DNA of 64,000 bases from an uncultured Spirochaetia bacterium (lineage in GTDB: Bacteria; Desulfobacterota_D; UBA1144; Nemesobacterales; JADFKM01). The translations under genes were made by a program, and so were the position numbers. The stretch covers positions 734 to 64,733 of the forward strand of contig CAZXEJ010000005.1 of assembly GCA_964639895.1 (NCBI GenBank), written 5' to 3'. The notes under the pieces were generated by a model. That model ran no database searches and had not been told where the DNA came from. It was given only the letters and a program-made list of their open reading frames with translations. Shown here one piece after another: positions 12,144 to 20,922 of this stretch; positions within the stretch are counted from its first letter, which is position 1, and each line of letters opens with the position of its first letter.

Positions 12144-13147
12144 AGTCTTGCTCCCACGTACTCGACGAAATCGACGAGCCTAGAAGAGTAGCCGTACTCG
12201 TTGTCGTACCAGGCGAGGACCTTGACCAGGGTGCCGTCCACGACGGAGGTGAGGGAGGCGTCGAATATGGCCGAATGGGGATCGCCCACGAAGTCGCAGG
12301 AGACAAGCGGCTCATCGACGTAACGCAGGTAGCGAGCGAGCCCTCCGGCGGCGGCCCGTTCGAAGGCGGCGTTCACCTCTTCGGCCGACGTGGGCGTAGC
12401 AACCTCGCAGGAGAAGTCGACGAGTGAGACGTCGGGCGTCGGGACGCGTACGGCGACGGCACTCAGCTTGCCCTTGAGCTCCGGGAAGACCAGTTCGATG
12501 GCGCGGGCGGCCCCGGTCGAGGTGGGGATCATCGACAGGGCGGCGGCCCGGGCGCGGCGCAGGTCGTTGTGGGGGGCGTCGAGCAGACGCTGGTCGCTGG
12601 TGTACGAGTGGACGGTCGACATGTGGCCCCTGCTGACGATAAAGGCGTCGTGGAGCACCTTGACCAGGATGGCGAAGCAGTTGGTCGTACACGAGGCGGT
12701 CGAGAGGACGTGGTGGGATTCGGGGTCATAGTCGGACTCGTTTATACCCATCACGGTGGTGAAATCTATCTCTCCCTTGGCCGGGGCGCTTATCACCACC
12801 TTGGCCACCGTACCGCCGAGATGGCGGGAGGCCTGATCCCGCGTGCGGAACCGCCCGCTCGCCTCGACCACCACCTGAGCACCGGTCTCGCTCCACGGAA
12901 TGTCGCCCGGATCACGCTCCTGGAACACCTTGACGGCTCTTTCTCCGACGACTATGTGGCCATCCCTTGCCTCCACGCGGCCCGGGTAGGGGCCGAACAC
13001 GGAGTCGTACTTGAACAGATGTGCCAGCACATCCGCCTCGGCGACGTCGTTCACCGCCACAACCTCCACTCCTTGGCGCCGCTCACAAATGCGGAGTACG
13101 TTTCTTCCTATTCTGCCGAACCCGTTGATACCGACCTTGACGGACAT
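12140..13147 (-). CDS. gap: glyceraldehyde-3-phosphate dehydrogenase
   Basis: Start is ATG 13147. Motifs are KVGINGFGRIGR and the catalytic SCTTNC. The stop overlaps the pgk start (ATGA). Confidence 0.95.
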   Translation of the reverse strand: MSVKVGINGFGRIGRNVLRICERRQGVEVVAVNDVAEADVLAHLFKYDSVFGPYPGRVEARDGHIVVGERAVKVFQERDPGDIPWSETGAQVVVEASGRFRTRDQASRHLGGTVAKVVISAPAKGEIDFTTVMGINESDYDPESHHVLSTASCTTNCFAILVKVLHDAFIVSRGHMSTVHSYTSDQRLLDAPHNDLRRARAAALSMIPTSTGAARAIELVFPELKGKLSAVAVRVPTPDVSLVDFSCEVATPTSAEEVNAAFERAAAGGLARYLRYVDEPLVSCDFVGDPHSAIFDASLTSVVDGTLVKVLAWYDNEYGYSSRLVDFVEYVGARL

Positions 13148-13308
13148 GGAAAACCCCCTGACAGTGGTCGCCCCTTGGCGTGGAGAGTACAAGTCTACCC
13201 AAGAAGGCATGCTAAATCAAGTATCCGCCGCACATAATGCACCATAACCATTGGTTTTTTGGTATCCTACCATTCCACCGTGTTGCAACCGCAGATGATC
13301 GCAGATAT

Positions 13309-13317
13309 TGTTAGAAT
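13309..13317 (+). promoter_or_regulatory. extended -10 element (TGTTAGAAT) 5 nt upstream of the argC ATG
   Basis: TGn plus TAGAAT lie at 13309-13317 and the ATG is at 13323. No SD fits in the gap. No good -35 was seen. Confidence 0.35.
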
Positions 13318-13322
13318 CTGGG

Positions 13323-14363
13323 ATGGAAAATACCAAAGTGGCCGTCTTCGGAGCCACAGGTTACACCGGGAGCGAGCTCCTGCGCATTCTGCTCCGCCAC
13401 CCTCACGCAGAGGTGGTCCATGTGACGGCGCACTCAAACGTGGGCAAGGTGCTCGCGGACGTGTTGCCCCACATGCGCGGCCGCCTCGATCTGACGCTCA
13501 TGCCTGCCGATGCCGAATCGGTGCCGGACGACGTGGGGCTCGCCTTCCTCGCGCTGCCGCACGGCTCGTCGGCCCCGGTGGCCAGGGAACTGCTAGAGAA
13601 GGGCATACGCGTCGTCGACCTGGGTGCGGACTTCAGGCTGAGCCGCGAACTGTACGAGCAATGGTACGTACCCCATCCCTGCCCCGAGCTTCTGGGTGAA
13701 GCGGTCTACGGGCTGAGCGAGCTGTTCAAGCCCTCCATACGAAGGGCGCGGCTGGTTGCCAACCCGGGATGCTACCCCACATCGGCCGTACTCGCCTTGG
13801 CGCCCCTCGTCGCAAACGGGATCCTCGCCGACGGCAACGTTGTCGTAGACTCGAAGTCGGGCGTCTCGGGCGCGGGTAGGACGCAGTCGCTAGCCTACCA
13901 TTTCTGCGAGGTGAACGAGGGGGTAAGGGCCTACAAAGTGGGCGAGCACCGCCACACACCCGAGATCGCTTACGCCCTCAAGAGCCGCTTCGGCCGGTGT
14001 GTGGCGGTCGAGTTCACCCCGCATCTCATCCCCATGACGCGCGGCATTCTCTCGACCGTGTACGTGGGGCTTACCGAGAGTCTTGGGACCGAAGAGTTGC
14101 TCGCGCTGTACGTGGAGTTTTACGACGGCGAACCCTTCGTACGCATACATCCGCCGGGAATCTACCCCTCGACGGCGGGCGTGAAGGGGTCGAACTACGC
14201 CGACATCGGTCTCCGCGCCGACCCCCGCACGCGCCGCGCCGTCGTGGTGTGCGCCATCGACAACCTGGTAAAAGGCGCCTCGGGCCAGGCCGTACAGAAC
14301 ATGAACTTGATGCTCGACCTAGATGAGACGACCGCCCTGGACGATGCGCCCCTCTTCCCTTAG
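13323..14363 (+). CDS. argC: N-acetyl-gamma-glutamyl-phosphate reductase
   Basis: VAVFGATGYTGSELLRIL is the NAD site and NPGCYPTSAVLAL carries the catalytic Cys. An alternative TTG start lies at 13308. Confidence 0.9.
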   Translation: MENTKVAVFGATGYTGSELLRILLRHPHAEVVHVTAHSNVGKVLADVLPHMRGRLDLTLMPADAESVPDDVGLAFLALPHGSSAPVARELLEKGIRVVDLGADFRLSRELYEQWYVPHPCPELLGEAVYGLSELFKPSIRRARLVANPGCYPTSAVLALAPLVANGILADGNVVVDSKSGVSGAGRTQSLAYHFCEVNEGVRAYKVGEHRHTPEIAYALKSRFGRCVAVEFTPHLIPMTRGILSTVYVGLTESLGTEELLALYVEFYDGEPFVRIHPPGIYPSTAGVKGSNYADIGLRADPRTRRAVVVCAIDNLVKGASGQAVQNMNLMLDLDETTALDDAPLFP

Positions 14364-14399
14364 CCGCGACTCTTCCCGCCGCGTGAGCGGCCCCTTTCC

Positions 14400-15551
14400 C
14401 TATCCGCCGCCCGCCCGCCTTATACGCTCGACGACGGGCGGCAACACCTCGAGCACGCGGCGCACATCCGCCTCGGTGGTCCACTTGCCGAGACTTATCC
14501 TTATGGAGGAGCGGGCCTCCTCCTCGCCTAGACCCATGGCCAGAAGCACGTGCGAGGCCTCGACGTTCCCTTCCGAACACGCAGACCCAGTCGATATCTC
14601 TATCCCTTCCAGGTCAAGGCTCATAACAAGCGCCTCGCCCGAGACCCCCTCCACGTAGAGGTTGAGCGTGTTTGGGACGCTTCCCTCGAGATCGCCGTTG
14701 ATACTCACGCCATCGATCCTCCCTGCGATCCCCTCCCACAGCATCTCCCTCAATCCGCCCACGCGCGAGGCCTCCTCCCTCCACTCCTCGCTCACGAGCC
14801 GCGCCGCCTCCCCCAACCCCACGGCCGCGGCCACGTTCTCCGTGCCGGAACGCAACCCCCGTTCCTGCCCGCCCCCATGGAGAAGCGGCTCCAGCACCGT
14901 GCCGGCACGGACGAACAGCGCCCCCGCCCCCTTGGGGCCGTACACCTTGTGGGCCGAGACCGACAGCAGGTCGGCGCCCGCGGCATCGACATCGACCTCC
15001 ACCTTGCCCAAGGCCTGGACGGCGTCCGTGTGGAAAAGCGCGCCGCGGGCATGCGCCACCTCGGCGGCCTCGGCGACGGGCATCACCATGCCGGTCTCGT
15101 TGTTGACCCACATGATGGAGACCAGACGCGTCGAATCGTCCACGGCCCTGCGCAGGGCGTCGATGTCTACAACGCCGCGCCGGTCCACACCCACGTAGGC
15201 GACCTCGTAGCCCAGACGCTCGAGGAACCGGAACGGTTCGAGGACCGAGGCGTGTTCGACGGCCGAAGTGACGGCCTTGGCCCCGCGCGGGGCGGCAAGC
15301 ATCACGCCGAGGACGGCTGCGTTGTTGCTCTCGGTACCCCCGGACGTGAACACCACCTCGTCCACCGCAGCCCCCAGGGCGGCCGCCACCTTCTCCCTGG
15401 CCTCGTCCAGCGCGGCCCTCGCCGCGGCTCCCGACGAGTGGATGCTCGAAGGGTTCCCCCAGGTGTGCTCCAGGCAGTCGCCCACCGCACGGCGCACGCG
15501 CTCGTCGAGGGGAGTCGTGGAGTTGTAGTCGAGATAGACGGTCCGATCCAC
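14400..15551 (-). CDS. cysteine desulfurase (NifS/IscS class)
   Basis: Motifs are YLDYNSTTP, SAHKVYGPKG (PLP lysine) and the STGSACSEG active-site Cys loop. GTG at 15551 has GGAG upstream; TTG at 15566 is an alternative start. Confidence 0.88.
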   Translation of the reverse strand: MDRTVYLDYNSTTPLDERVRRAVGDCLEHTWGNPSSIHSSGAAARAALDEAREKVAAALGAAVDEVVFTSGGTESNNAAVLGVMLAAPRGAKAVTSAVEHASVLEPFRFLERLGYEVAYVGVDRRGVVDIDALRRAVDDSTRLVSIMWVNNETGMVMPVAEAAEVAHARGALFHTDAVQALGKVEVDVDAAGADLLSVSAHKVYGPKGAGALFVRAGTVLEPLLHGGGQERGLRSGTENVAAAVGLGEAARLVSEEWREEASRVGGLREMLWEGIAGRIDGVSINGDLEGSVPNTLNLYVEGVSGEALVMSLDLEGIEISTGSACSEGNVEASHVLLAMGLGEEEARSSIRISLGKWTTEADVRRVLEVLPPVVERIRRAGGG

Positions 15552-15714
15552 GTGAGCTCTCCCCAAGCAGTGAAGGTCTCTACCCTGCCCCGGAACGCCC
15601 CCAGGCCGGCCGAAGGAGGCTCAACCCCTGCTGGCCCCGACCCTTCTCCCACCCCCGAAGGCCGCCACCCTGACGGGCGCCCTACACCGCTTCGCACGAG
15701 ACTGCCCGCCACCC

Positions 15715-16416
15715 CTACTTGGTCTTTATGGCCGTGAGCCCACGCCCGGCACCCTGCACGCCCTTGCTCGACGCCGCGGCCTCCAGTTCCTCGAGCCTCT
15801 TCTCCAGGGCCTCCACCCTGTCGAGAAGCCTCTCGACCATCCTTTGTTCGGGATCGGGAATCTTGTTGTGCTCGAGCCCGGGGTAGACGGGGTATTCCTC
15901 TTTGAGTACCACCTTGCCCGGGATGCCCACCACCGTGGAGTTGGGGGGGACATCGGATATGACCACCGAGTTGGCCCCGATGCGGGAGTTCGCCCCCACG
16001 GTGAGCGGGCCCAGCACCTTGGCCCCGGCGCCGACGATGACGTTGTCCCCAATGGTGGGGTGGCGCTTGCCTCGTGTGAAACTGGTTCCTCCGAGCGTGA
16101 CGCCGTGGTAGATGGTCACGTTGTCCCCGATCTCCGAGGTCTCACCGATCACGACACCCATGCCGTGGTCGATGAAGAAGCTCCTGCCGATGCGCGCCCC
16201 GGGGTGGATCTCGATTCCGGTCAGGAACCGCCCCACGTGGGAGAGGGCGCGTGCGGGCAGCTTGAAGCCCCGCACCCAGAGCCAGTGTGCAACGCGGTGG
16301 AACAGGATGGCGTGGAACCCGGGGTAGGTGAGTATCACTTCAAGCGTGGTCCTGGCGGCGGGATCCCGCTCGAAGACGGCTTTGATGTCGGACCGGACCA
16401 GTTCGAGGAACGCCAT
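15715..16416 (-). CDS. cysE: serine O-acetyltransferase
   Basis: Motifs are [34 protein letters not shown] and the hexapeptide repeats [14 protein letters not shown]. Confidence 0.92.
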   Translation of the reverse strand: MAFLELVRSDIKAVFERDPAARTTLEVILTYPGFHAILFHRVAHWLWVRGFKLPARALSHVGRFLTGIEIHPGARIGRSFFIDHGMGVVIGETSEIGDNVTIYHGVTLGGTSFTRGKRHPTIGDNVIVGAGAKVLGPLTVGANSRIGANSVVISDVPPNSTVVGIPGKVVLKEEYPVYPGLEHNKIPDPEQRMVERLLDRVEALEKRLEELEAAASSKGVQGAGRGLTAIKTK

Positions 16417-16804
16417 AGTTAAAAGTATTCAGGAATAGAAGGGGAAATCAAAGCGGCCGCACCGCCTACGGGCAGGCAAGGGCGGACGGACGAAACCAAA
16501 CCAAAGGAAGAGTAAAACCGGACGAGCAAACGGAACCGAAGGCGTCCCCTGACGGAGCCACGGGAGACGCGATGGATGCAGTCCCAACCCCGAAGCTTGG
16601 AGGCTCCATCACCGCCGGCCGAACGTCGCACCTTCCCAAGAGGGGGTCGCACCGCTCGCGGCACATCCACAACTCAAACACAAGCACCACTTCTTCCACG
16701 CCGCCCGGCGAAGACGGGCGCTGCGCTCCGGCAAAAACTCCTTCGTCGCCTCGGGCGGCGTCTATACTTCACCACGTGGGGTAAAAGTTGTAGAATTCTT
16801 CGAA

Positions 16805-17683
16805 ATGGCCGTTCGTACCTATACCACGCTCAGGCTGCTCCGCCCCCACCACTGGATAAAGAACCTCCTCGTCCTGGCGCCGCCCTTCTTCGGGGGAACC
16901 CTCTTCACCGATCCCGCCCTCATGGGGCGGATGGCGGTGGCGTTCGTCGCGTTCTCGCTTGCCGCCTCGAGCGGCTACATGATAAACGACGTAGTAGACG
17001 TCGAGCGCGACCGCATCCACCCCCGCAACAGGCTCCGGCCTGTTGCCGCGGGAGAAGTGGGAGCGCGGCGAGCGGTGGCGATTGCGCTGCTGTTACTTGC
17101 AGCCTCGCTCGCTGCGGCAGCCGCCCTCGGCACACGTGTCGCGGCACTAGTCGTAAGCTACCTAGTGCTGCAGCTCTCCTACACCTTCGGCCTCAAGCAC
17201 GTACCCATCCTGGGTTCGTTCGCCATAGCCCTTGGGTTCGTGTTCCGCATCTCCGTGGGCGGGGCCGCCTCGGGGGTGGAGATATCCAGCTGGCTCTACC
17301 TGACCACGTTCCTCTTGGCGCTGCTCCTCGCATTCGGCAAGAGGAAACACGAGCTCGCACTCGACGACCCGGGAGCCTTCCGGGGCGAGCTGGCCCACTA
17401 CCCGAGCCGCTACGTGGACTATGCCACGGTCATGTTCTCCACGACGGCCCTGGTCACTTATTCGCTCTACACGGTCGAGCGGGGCCCAAAGGCGTTCATA
17501 CTGACCGTACCTCTCGCTTGCTACGGCGTCCTCCGCTACCTCTATATTGTCCACACGGGCGTCACCGGGGACCCCACCGAGGCGCTCGTCACCGACCGGC
17601 CCCTTCTCGCTGCCGTGGCCCTATGGGTGGTCCTTACGGCCGCCATCATCCAGTTTCCCGATCTCTTCGGCTTCCTCCTTTAG
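16805..17683 (+). CDS. UbiA-superfamily prenyl/phosphoribosyl transferase (decaprenyl-phosphate phosphoribosyltransferase-like)
   Basis: The protein is polytopic. It has YMINDVVDVERD (NDxxDxxxD) and the N-terminus LLRPHHWIKNLLVLAPPFFGG, typical of the DPPR-synthase branch. Confidence 0.7.
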   Translation: MAVRTYTTLRLLRPHHWIKNLLVLAPPFFGGTLFTDPALMGRMAVAFVAFSLAASSGYMINDVVDVERDRIHPRNRLRPVAAGEVGARRAVAIALLLLAASLAAAAALGTRVAALVVSYLVLQLSYTFGLKHVPILGSFAIALGFVFRISVGGAASGVEISSWLYLTTFLLALLLAFGKRKHELALDDPGAFRGELAHYPSRYVDYATVMFSTTALVTYSLYTVERGPKAFILTVPLACYGVLRYLYIVHTGVTGDPTEALVTDRPLLAAVALWVVLTAAIIQFPDLFGFLL

Positions 17684-19417
17684 CCTGTCCGTAAGGCCCA
17701 GAGTCAGTGCCGTCGCCGCTTCCTTCTTGGCGCGGGCGACTTCACCCTGGGCCAGATAGACCTTGGCCAGCAACAGGTGCGCTCTGGCGTAGCGCGGAGC
17801 AAGCTCTAGGGCACGTCCAAGATAGCGGGCCGCAGCGCGCAGCGCTTCTTCCCGGGCCGGGCCGGCCGACGTCTCGGCCTCTATGTAGCGCAGCAGTCCC
17901 AAGTGGTAGTAGGTGCGCATGTAGTGCGGGTCGTAGCGCTCGGCGCGCGTCAATGCGAGGCGGGCCTTCCGGTATTGGCCCATGTCGATGTATGTGGCGG
18001 CCAGATTGTTGGCCGTCACGGCACGGCCGTGGTCGGTATCCACCACCTCGGGCCTGAGCGCGCGCAGAAACTCGAGGGCGGCCTCCTCGTATCTACCCTC
18101 TGCGCGCAGCGCGTAGCCGAGGTTTACGTGCGGAAGCGCGTGCCACGGCGACCTCTCCACCGTATCGCGCCACAGCACAAGGTCCGAGCGCCAGACGGCC
18201 TCCCGGGCCACGGTGAGCCAGCCGAAGAGGACAAGTATGACCACCACCCCGACTGCGGCGGCCGCCCGGCGGGGTGCGGGCCGCTCGAGCGCCGCGGCCA
18301 GCCAGTACCCCACTACCAGCGCCCAACCGGCCGAGGGTATGAACAGGTACCTCTCGGCCACGGGGGTCGCGGCTATGCCGTACAGGGCGACGAGTGCCGA
18401 CGGGCCCAGTGCGGCGAGCATCCACCACACGCCGAACGGCGTCACCCTGTCGCCCCGCCTCACGGCGGCGGCCGTAAGAGCAGCTAGCGCCGCGAGCGAG
18501 GCGGCCGAGAGGGCCACGTAGACGGGCGACTCAGGTATGGATACCACGAACGCATTGAACGTGAGCGGAAAGACGAGCTTGTAGAGGTAGAATCCGTAGA
18601 CGGCAACGAGCGTGAGGGCTGCCTTGACGAAGCCCTGCAGGGCGGTGAGCGGCTCGGCCCCGCCCGCCGATGCGGCCTCCAGAGCGGCGGGTGGAAGGTT
18701 CATATAATGTCTGCCGCGCAGGTACAGGTAGAGGGCCGTCACCCCCACGTAGAGGGCGAGCGACGCAACGGAGCGGCCCCTTCGCAACCCGCCGGCCGCG
18801 GCCTCGAAGAACAGGACGGCCAGCGGGAAGGCCACGGCCGCCTCCTTGGACAGCAACGACAGCGCGAAGCCGAGTGCAGCCCCAGCCACGTATGCGACTC
18901 CCGCCGCCCCCGACGCCGACCGACCCTTGGCGTGAAGTGCGAGGGCCAGGAAGAAGAACAGTCCCGCCAACACGTCAGTCCGTCCCGAGACCCAGGCCAC
19001 CGATTCTACATGCATGGGATGGAGGGCGAACAGCGCGGCTCCCAGCAACGCCCCGGCCGGTGCCGTGGACGGAGCAAGCGCGCCCAGCACCAGAAGGAAG
19101 GCCGCCCACAGCGCCACCACCGAAGCTCCGTAGAGGACTACGTTCGTAAGGTGGAACCCACGGGGGGCCCTACCCCACAGGGCACCGTCCACGACGTAGG
19201 AGGCGTAGAGAACCGGCCTCCAGTAGCGGGCCATCTTGCTCTCGGCCGGAGGGGGCAGCAACTGGCCGATCATCCCCCGGGTAGTGAACGTATCGAGGCT
19301 CTTCTCTATGACCTCTACGTCGTCCCAGACGAAGCCCCCACGGAGCGAAGGAGCGTAGACGGAGGCGGCTAGAAGAAAGAGAAAGAGCGACGTGAGAACC
19401 TTACGCCCGATGGACAT
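17621..19417 (-). CDS. GT-C-type membrane glycosyltransferase-like protein with C-terminal TPR repeats (TMTC/DUF1736-like)
   Basis: Start is ATG 19417. The N-terminus is LFLFLLAASVYAPSLRGGFVWDDVEVIEKS. It has more than 10 TM helices and C-terminal TPRs (AAARYLGRALELAPRYARAHLLLAKVYLAQG). Its 3' end overlaps the UbiA gene by 63 nt. Confidence 0.7.
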   Translation of the reverse strand: MSIGRKVLTSLFLFLLAASVYAPSLRGGFVWDDVEVIEKSLDTFTTRGMIGQLLPPPAESKMARYWRPVLYASYVVDGALWGRAPRGFHLTNVVLYGASVVALWAAFLLVLGALAPSTAPAGALLGAALFALHPMHVESVAWVSGRTDVLAGLFFFLALALHAKGRSASGAAGVAYVAGAALGFALSLLSKEAAVAFPLAVLFFEAAAGGLRRGRSVASLALYVGVTALYLYLRGRHYMNLPPAALEAASAGGAEPLTALQGFVKAALTLVAVYGFYLYKLVFPLTFNAFVVSIPESPVYVALSAASLAALAALTAAAVRRGDRVTPFGVWWMLAALGPSALVALYGIAATPVAERYLFIPSAGWALVVGYWLAAALERPAPRRAAAAVGVVVILVLFGWLTVAREAVWRSDLVLWRDTVERSPWHALPHVNLGYALRAEGRYEEAALEFLRALRPEVVDTDHGRAVTANNLAATYIDMGQYRKARLALTRAERYDPHYMRTYYHLGLLRYIEAETSAGPAREEALRAAARYLGRALELAPRYARAHLLLAKVYLAQGEVARAKKEAATALTLGLTDRLKEEAEEIGKLDDGGRKDHP

Positions 19418-19424
19418 TTGGGAA

Positions 19425-19433
19425 ATTATAACA
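19425..19433 (-). promoter_or_regulatory. extended -10 (TGTTATAAT) exactly 7 nt upstream of the ATG at 19417; leaderless arrangement
   Basis: The minus strand reads GGGTGTTATAATTTCCCAAATG. There is no SD. Confidence 0.5.
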
Positions 19434-19685
19434 CCCGCCTGCGGGACGACCGCAAACGAAGAGGGATGGAGACGCGCGGCCTCTGCGGGGGGAACGTGAA
19501 CCGCTATTGCATGGACGGCTTGTCTCGGCGCCGTGCGCCATCCCTTCCCCCCACCGACCGGACACACGGACGGCGGTATCCCGCCACCACATTGCAGAAC
19601 GAGAGAGTGGGATACCGGTAGACGCCGCGCAGCAAGATGCTTCTAGGGCGTCCGGAGCCTGCCTGTGGAATTACCTCCGCCGGGC

Positions 19686-20885
19686 TCAGGCGACGGAGCC
19701 GCCCACGGACTGGTACTGTTGGATGCGCCTTTCGCGCTGCTCGTGGGTGAGGCGCTTGAGCACCCTCATCGACACGGGGAACTCAGCCACCGAGCGCACC
19801 TCTATGTGGCCGCGCTCGAGCGCCCGCCGGAACACCTCTTCGCCGCGCTCGGAGCGGACGATACAGATGGTCCAGCCATCGGCGCCCACGCCGCCCGCCG
19901 AGATGTCGGCGTGCTCGGCCGAGAAGTCGCCGCAGTAGTTGCACTGCTCGCGCTGGTAGATGCGCGCCTCCTTGAGCGGGGTCTCGATGCGGCGCCCGTC
20001 CTTGAGGTCGGTCACTATCTTGCCCTTCACGTTGAGCTTTACCACGTCCTCAGGGTCTATGCCGGCCTGCTCGCGCAGATACTCGTTGAGGAATCCGTCG
20101 AAGACGAACGTCTCCGTGCAGAAGAGGCCTATAGAGAGCTTTACGGCCCGGGCGTACTGGCGGAAGTGTTTCCTCTGCTTGTCGACGTTCTTGGGGCCGC
20201 GGCTCTCGTCGATGAAGTCGTCCGGTGCGCCGAGGTTGGCGGCGTAGCCGGACACCTCGCACGACACGCCCACCAGCGCCACCCGAGAGAGCTTGTGCTT
20301 GTCGACGGCTTCTTTGAGCATGAGCGGAGTGGCGCAGTAGGTATACCACGACTTTGCGTTCTCGAGCAGCTCGTCGACGCTCGTGACCACCTTGGGCACG
20401 GGCTTCAGCCATAGCTCGTCCGACGGGCCCGCCACGCATGCGCCCTCGATCAACCCCTCGTTGAAGGCGGTCCTCAGGATCTCCGTCACCACGCCCCCGT
20501 CCTGTGCGCGACTTACGACGCCGGGGTCGGTGCTTCGTGCCGCGCAGATGAACCTTGCGACGCCGTAGTACTCGTCCTCGCGGCGGCGCCTTCCGAAGGC
20601 CCGCTCGTCCAGCTCTTCGGGGCTTATGGGCCTCATCCTGTAGGGGCTCAGTCTCTCGCAGGCGTTGGCGCAGACGTCACACCCGATCTGCTCGCTTATG
20701 GGGCAGTAGTCGAACCCCTTCTTGGGCTTGGCCACGTAGGGGAACATCGAGTCGTGGTCGTACTTTATCACGCCGTAGGGACAGGTGACGACACACATCG
20801 AGCAACCGCAACAGCTACCCAACGCCACGACCTCATTCATCATCCGCTTGAACGACTTGACAAGGGTATCCGTCTGGGCGTCCAT
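19686..20885 (-). CDS. FrhB/FpoF-family F420-binding flavoprotein with N-terminal 2x[4Fe-4S] ferredoxin domain
   Basis: Cys clusters are CCGCSMCVVTCPYG and CDVCANACERL. FrhB-type motifs are SRAQDGGVVTEIL, VALVGVSCEV and CNYCGDFSAEHADISAGGVG. It is the last gene of the cof operon. Confidence 0.75.
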   Translation of the reverse strand: MDAQTDTLVKSFKRMMNEVVALGSCCGCSMCVVTCPYGVIKYDHDSMFPYVAKPKKGFDYCPISEQIGCDVCANACERLSPYRMRPISPEELDERAFGRRRREDEYYGVARFICAARSTDPGVVSRAQDGGVVTEILRTAFNEGLIEGACVAGPSDELWLKPVPKVVTSVDELLENAKSWYTYCATPLMLKEAVDKHKLSRVALVGVSCEVSGYAANLGAPDDFIDESRGPKNVDKQRKHFRQYARAVKLSIGLFCTETFVFDGFLNEYLREQAGIDPEDVVKLNVKGKIVTDLKDGRRIETPLKEARIYQREQCNYCGDFSAEHADISAGGVGADGWTICIVRSERGEEVFRRALERGHIEVRSVAEFPVSMRVLKRLTHEQRERRIQQYQSVGGSVA

Positions 20886-20922
20886 CTTCTATCACCTCGC
20901 TCCGGGGGGTAGGAGGCCGATG

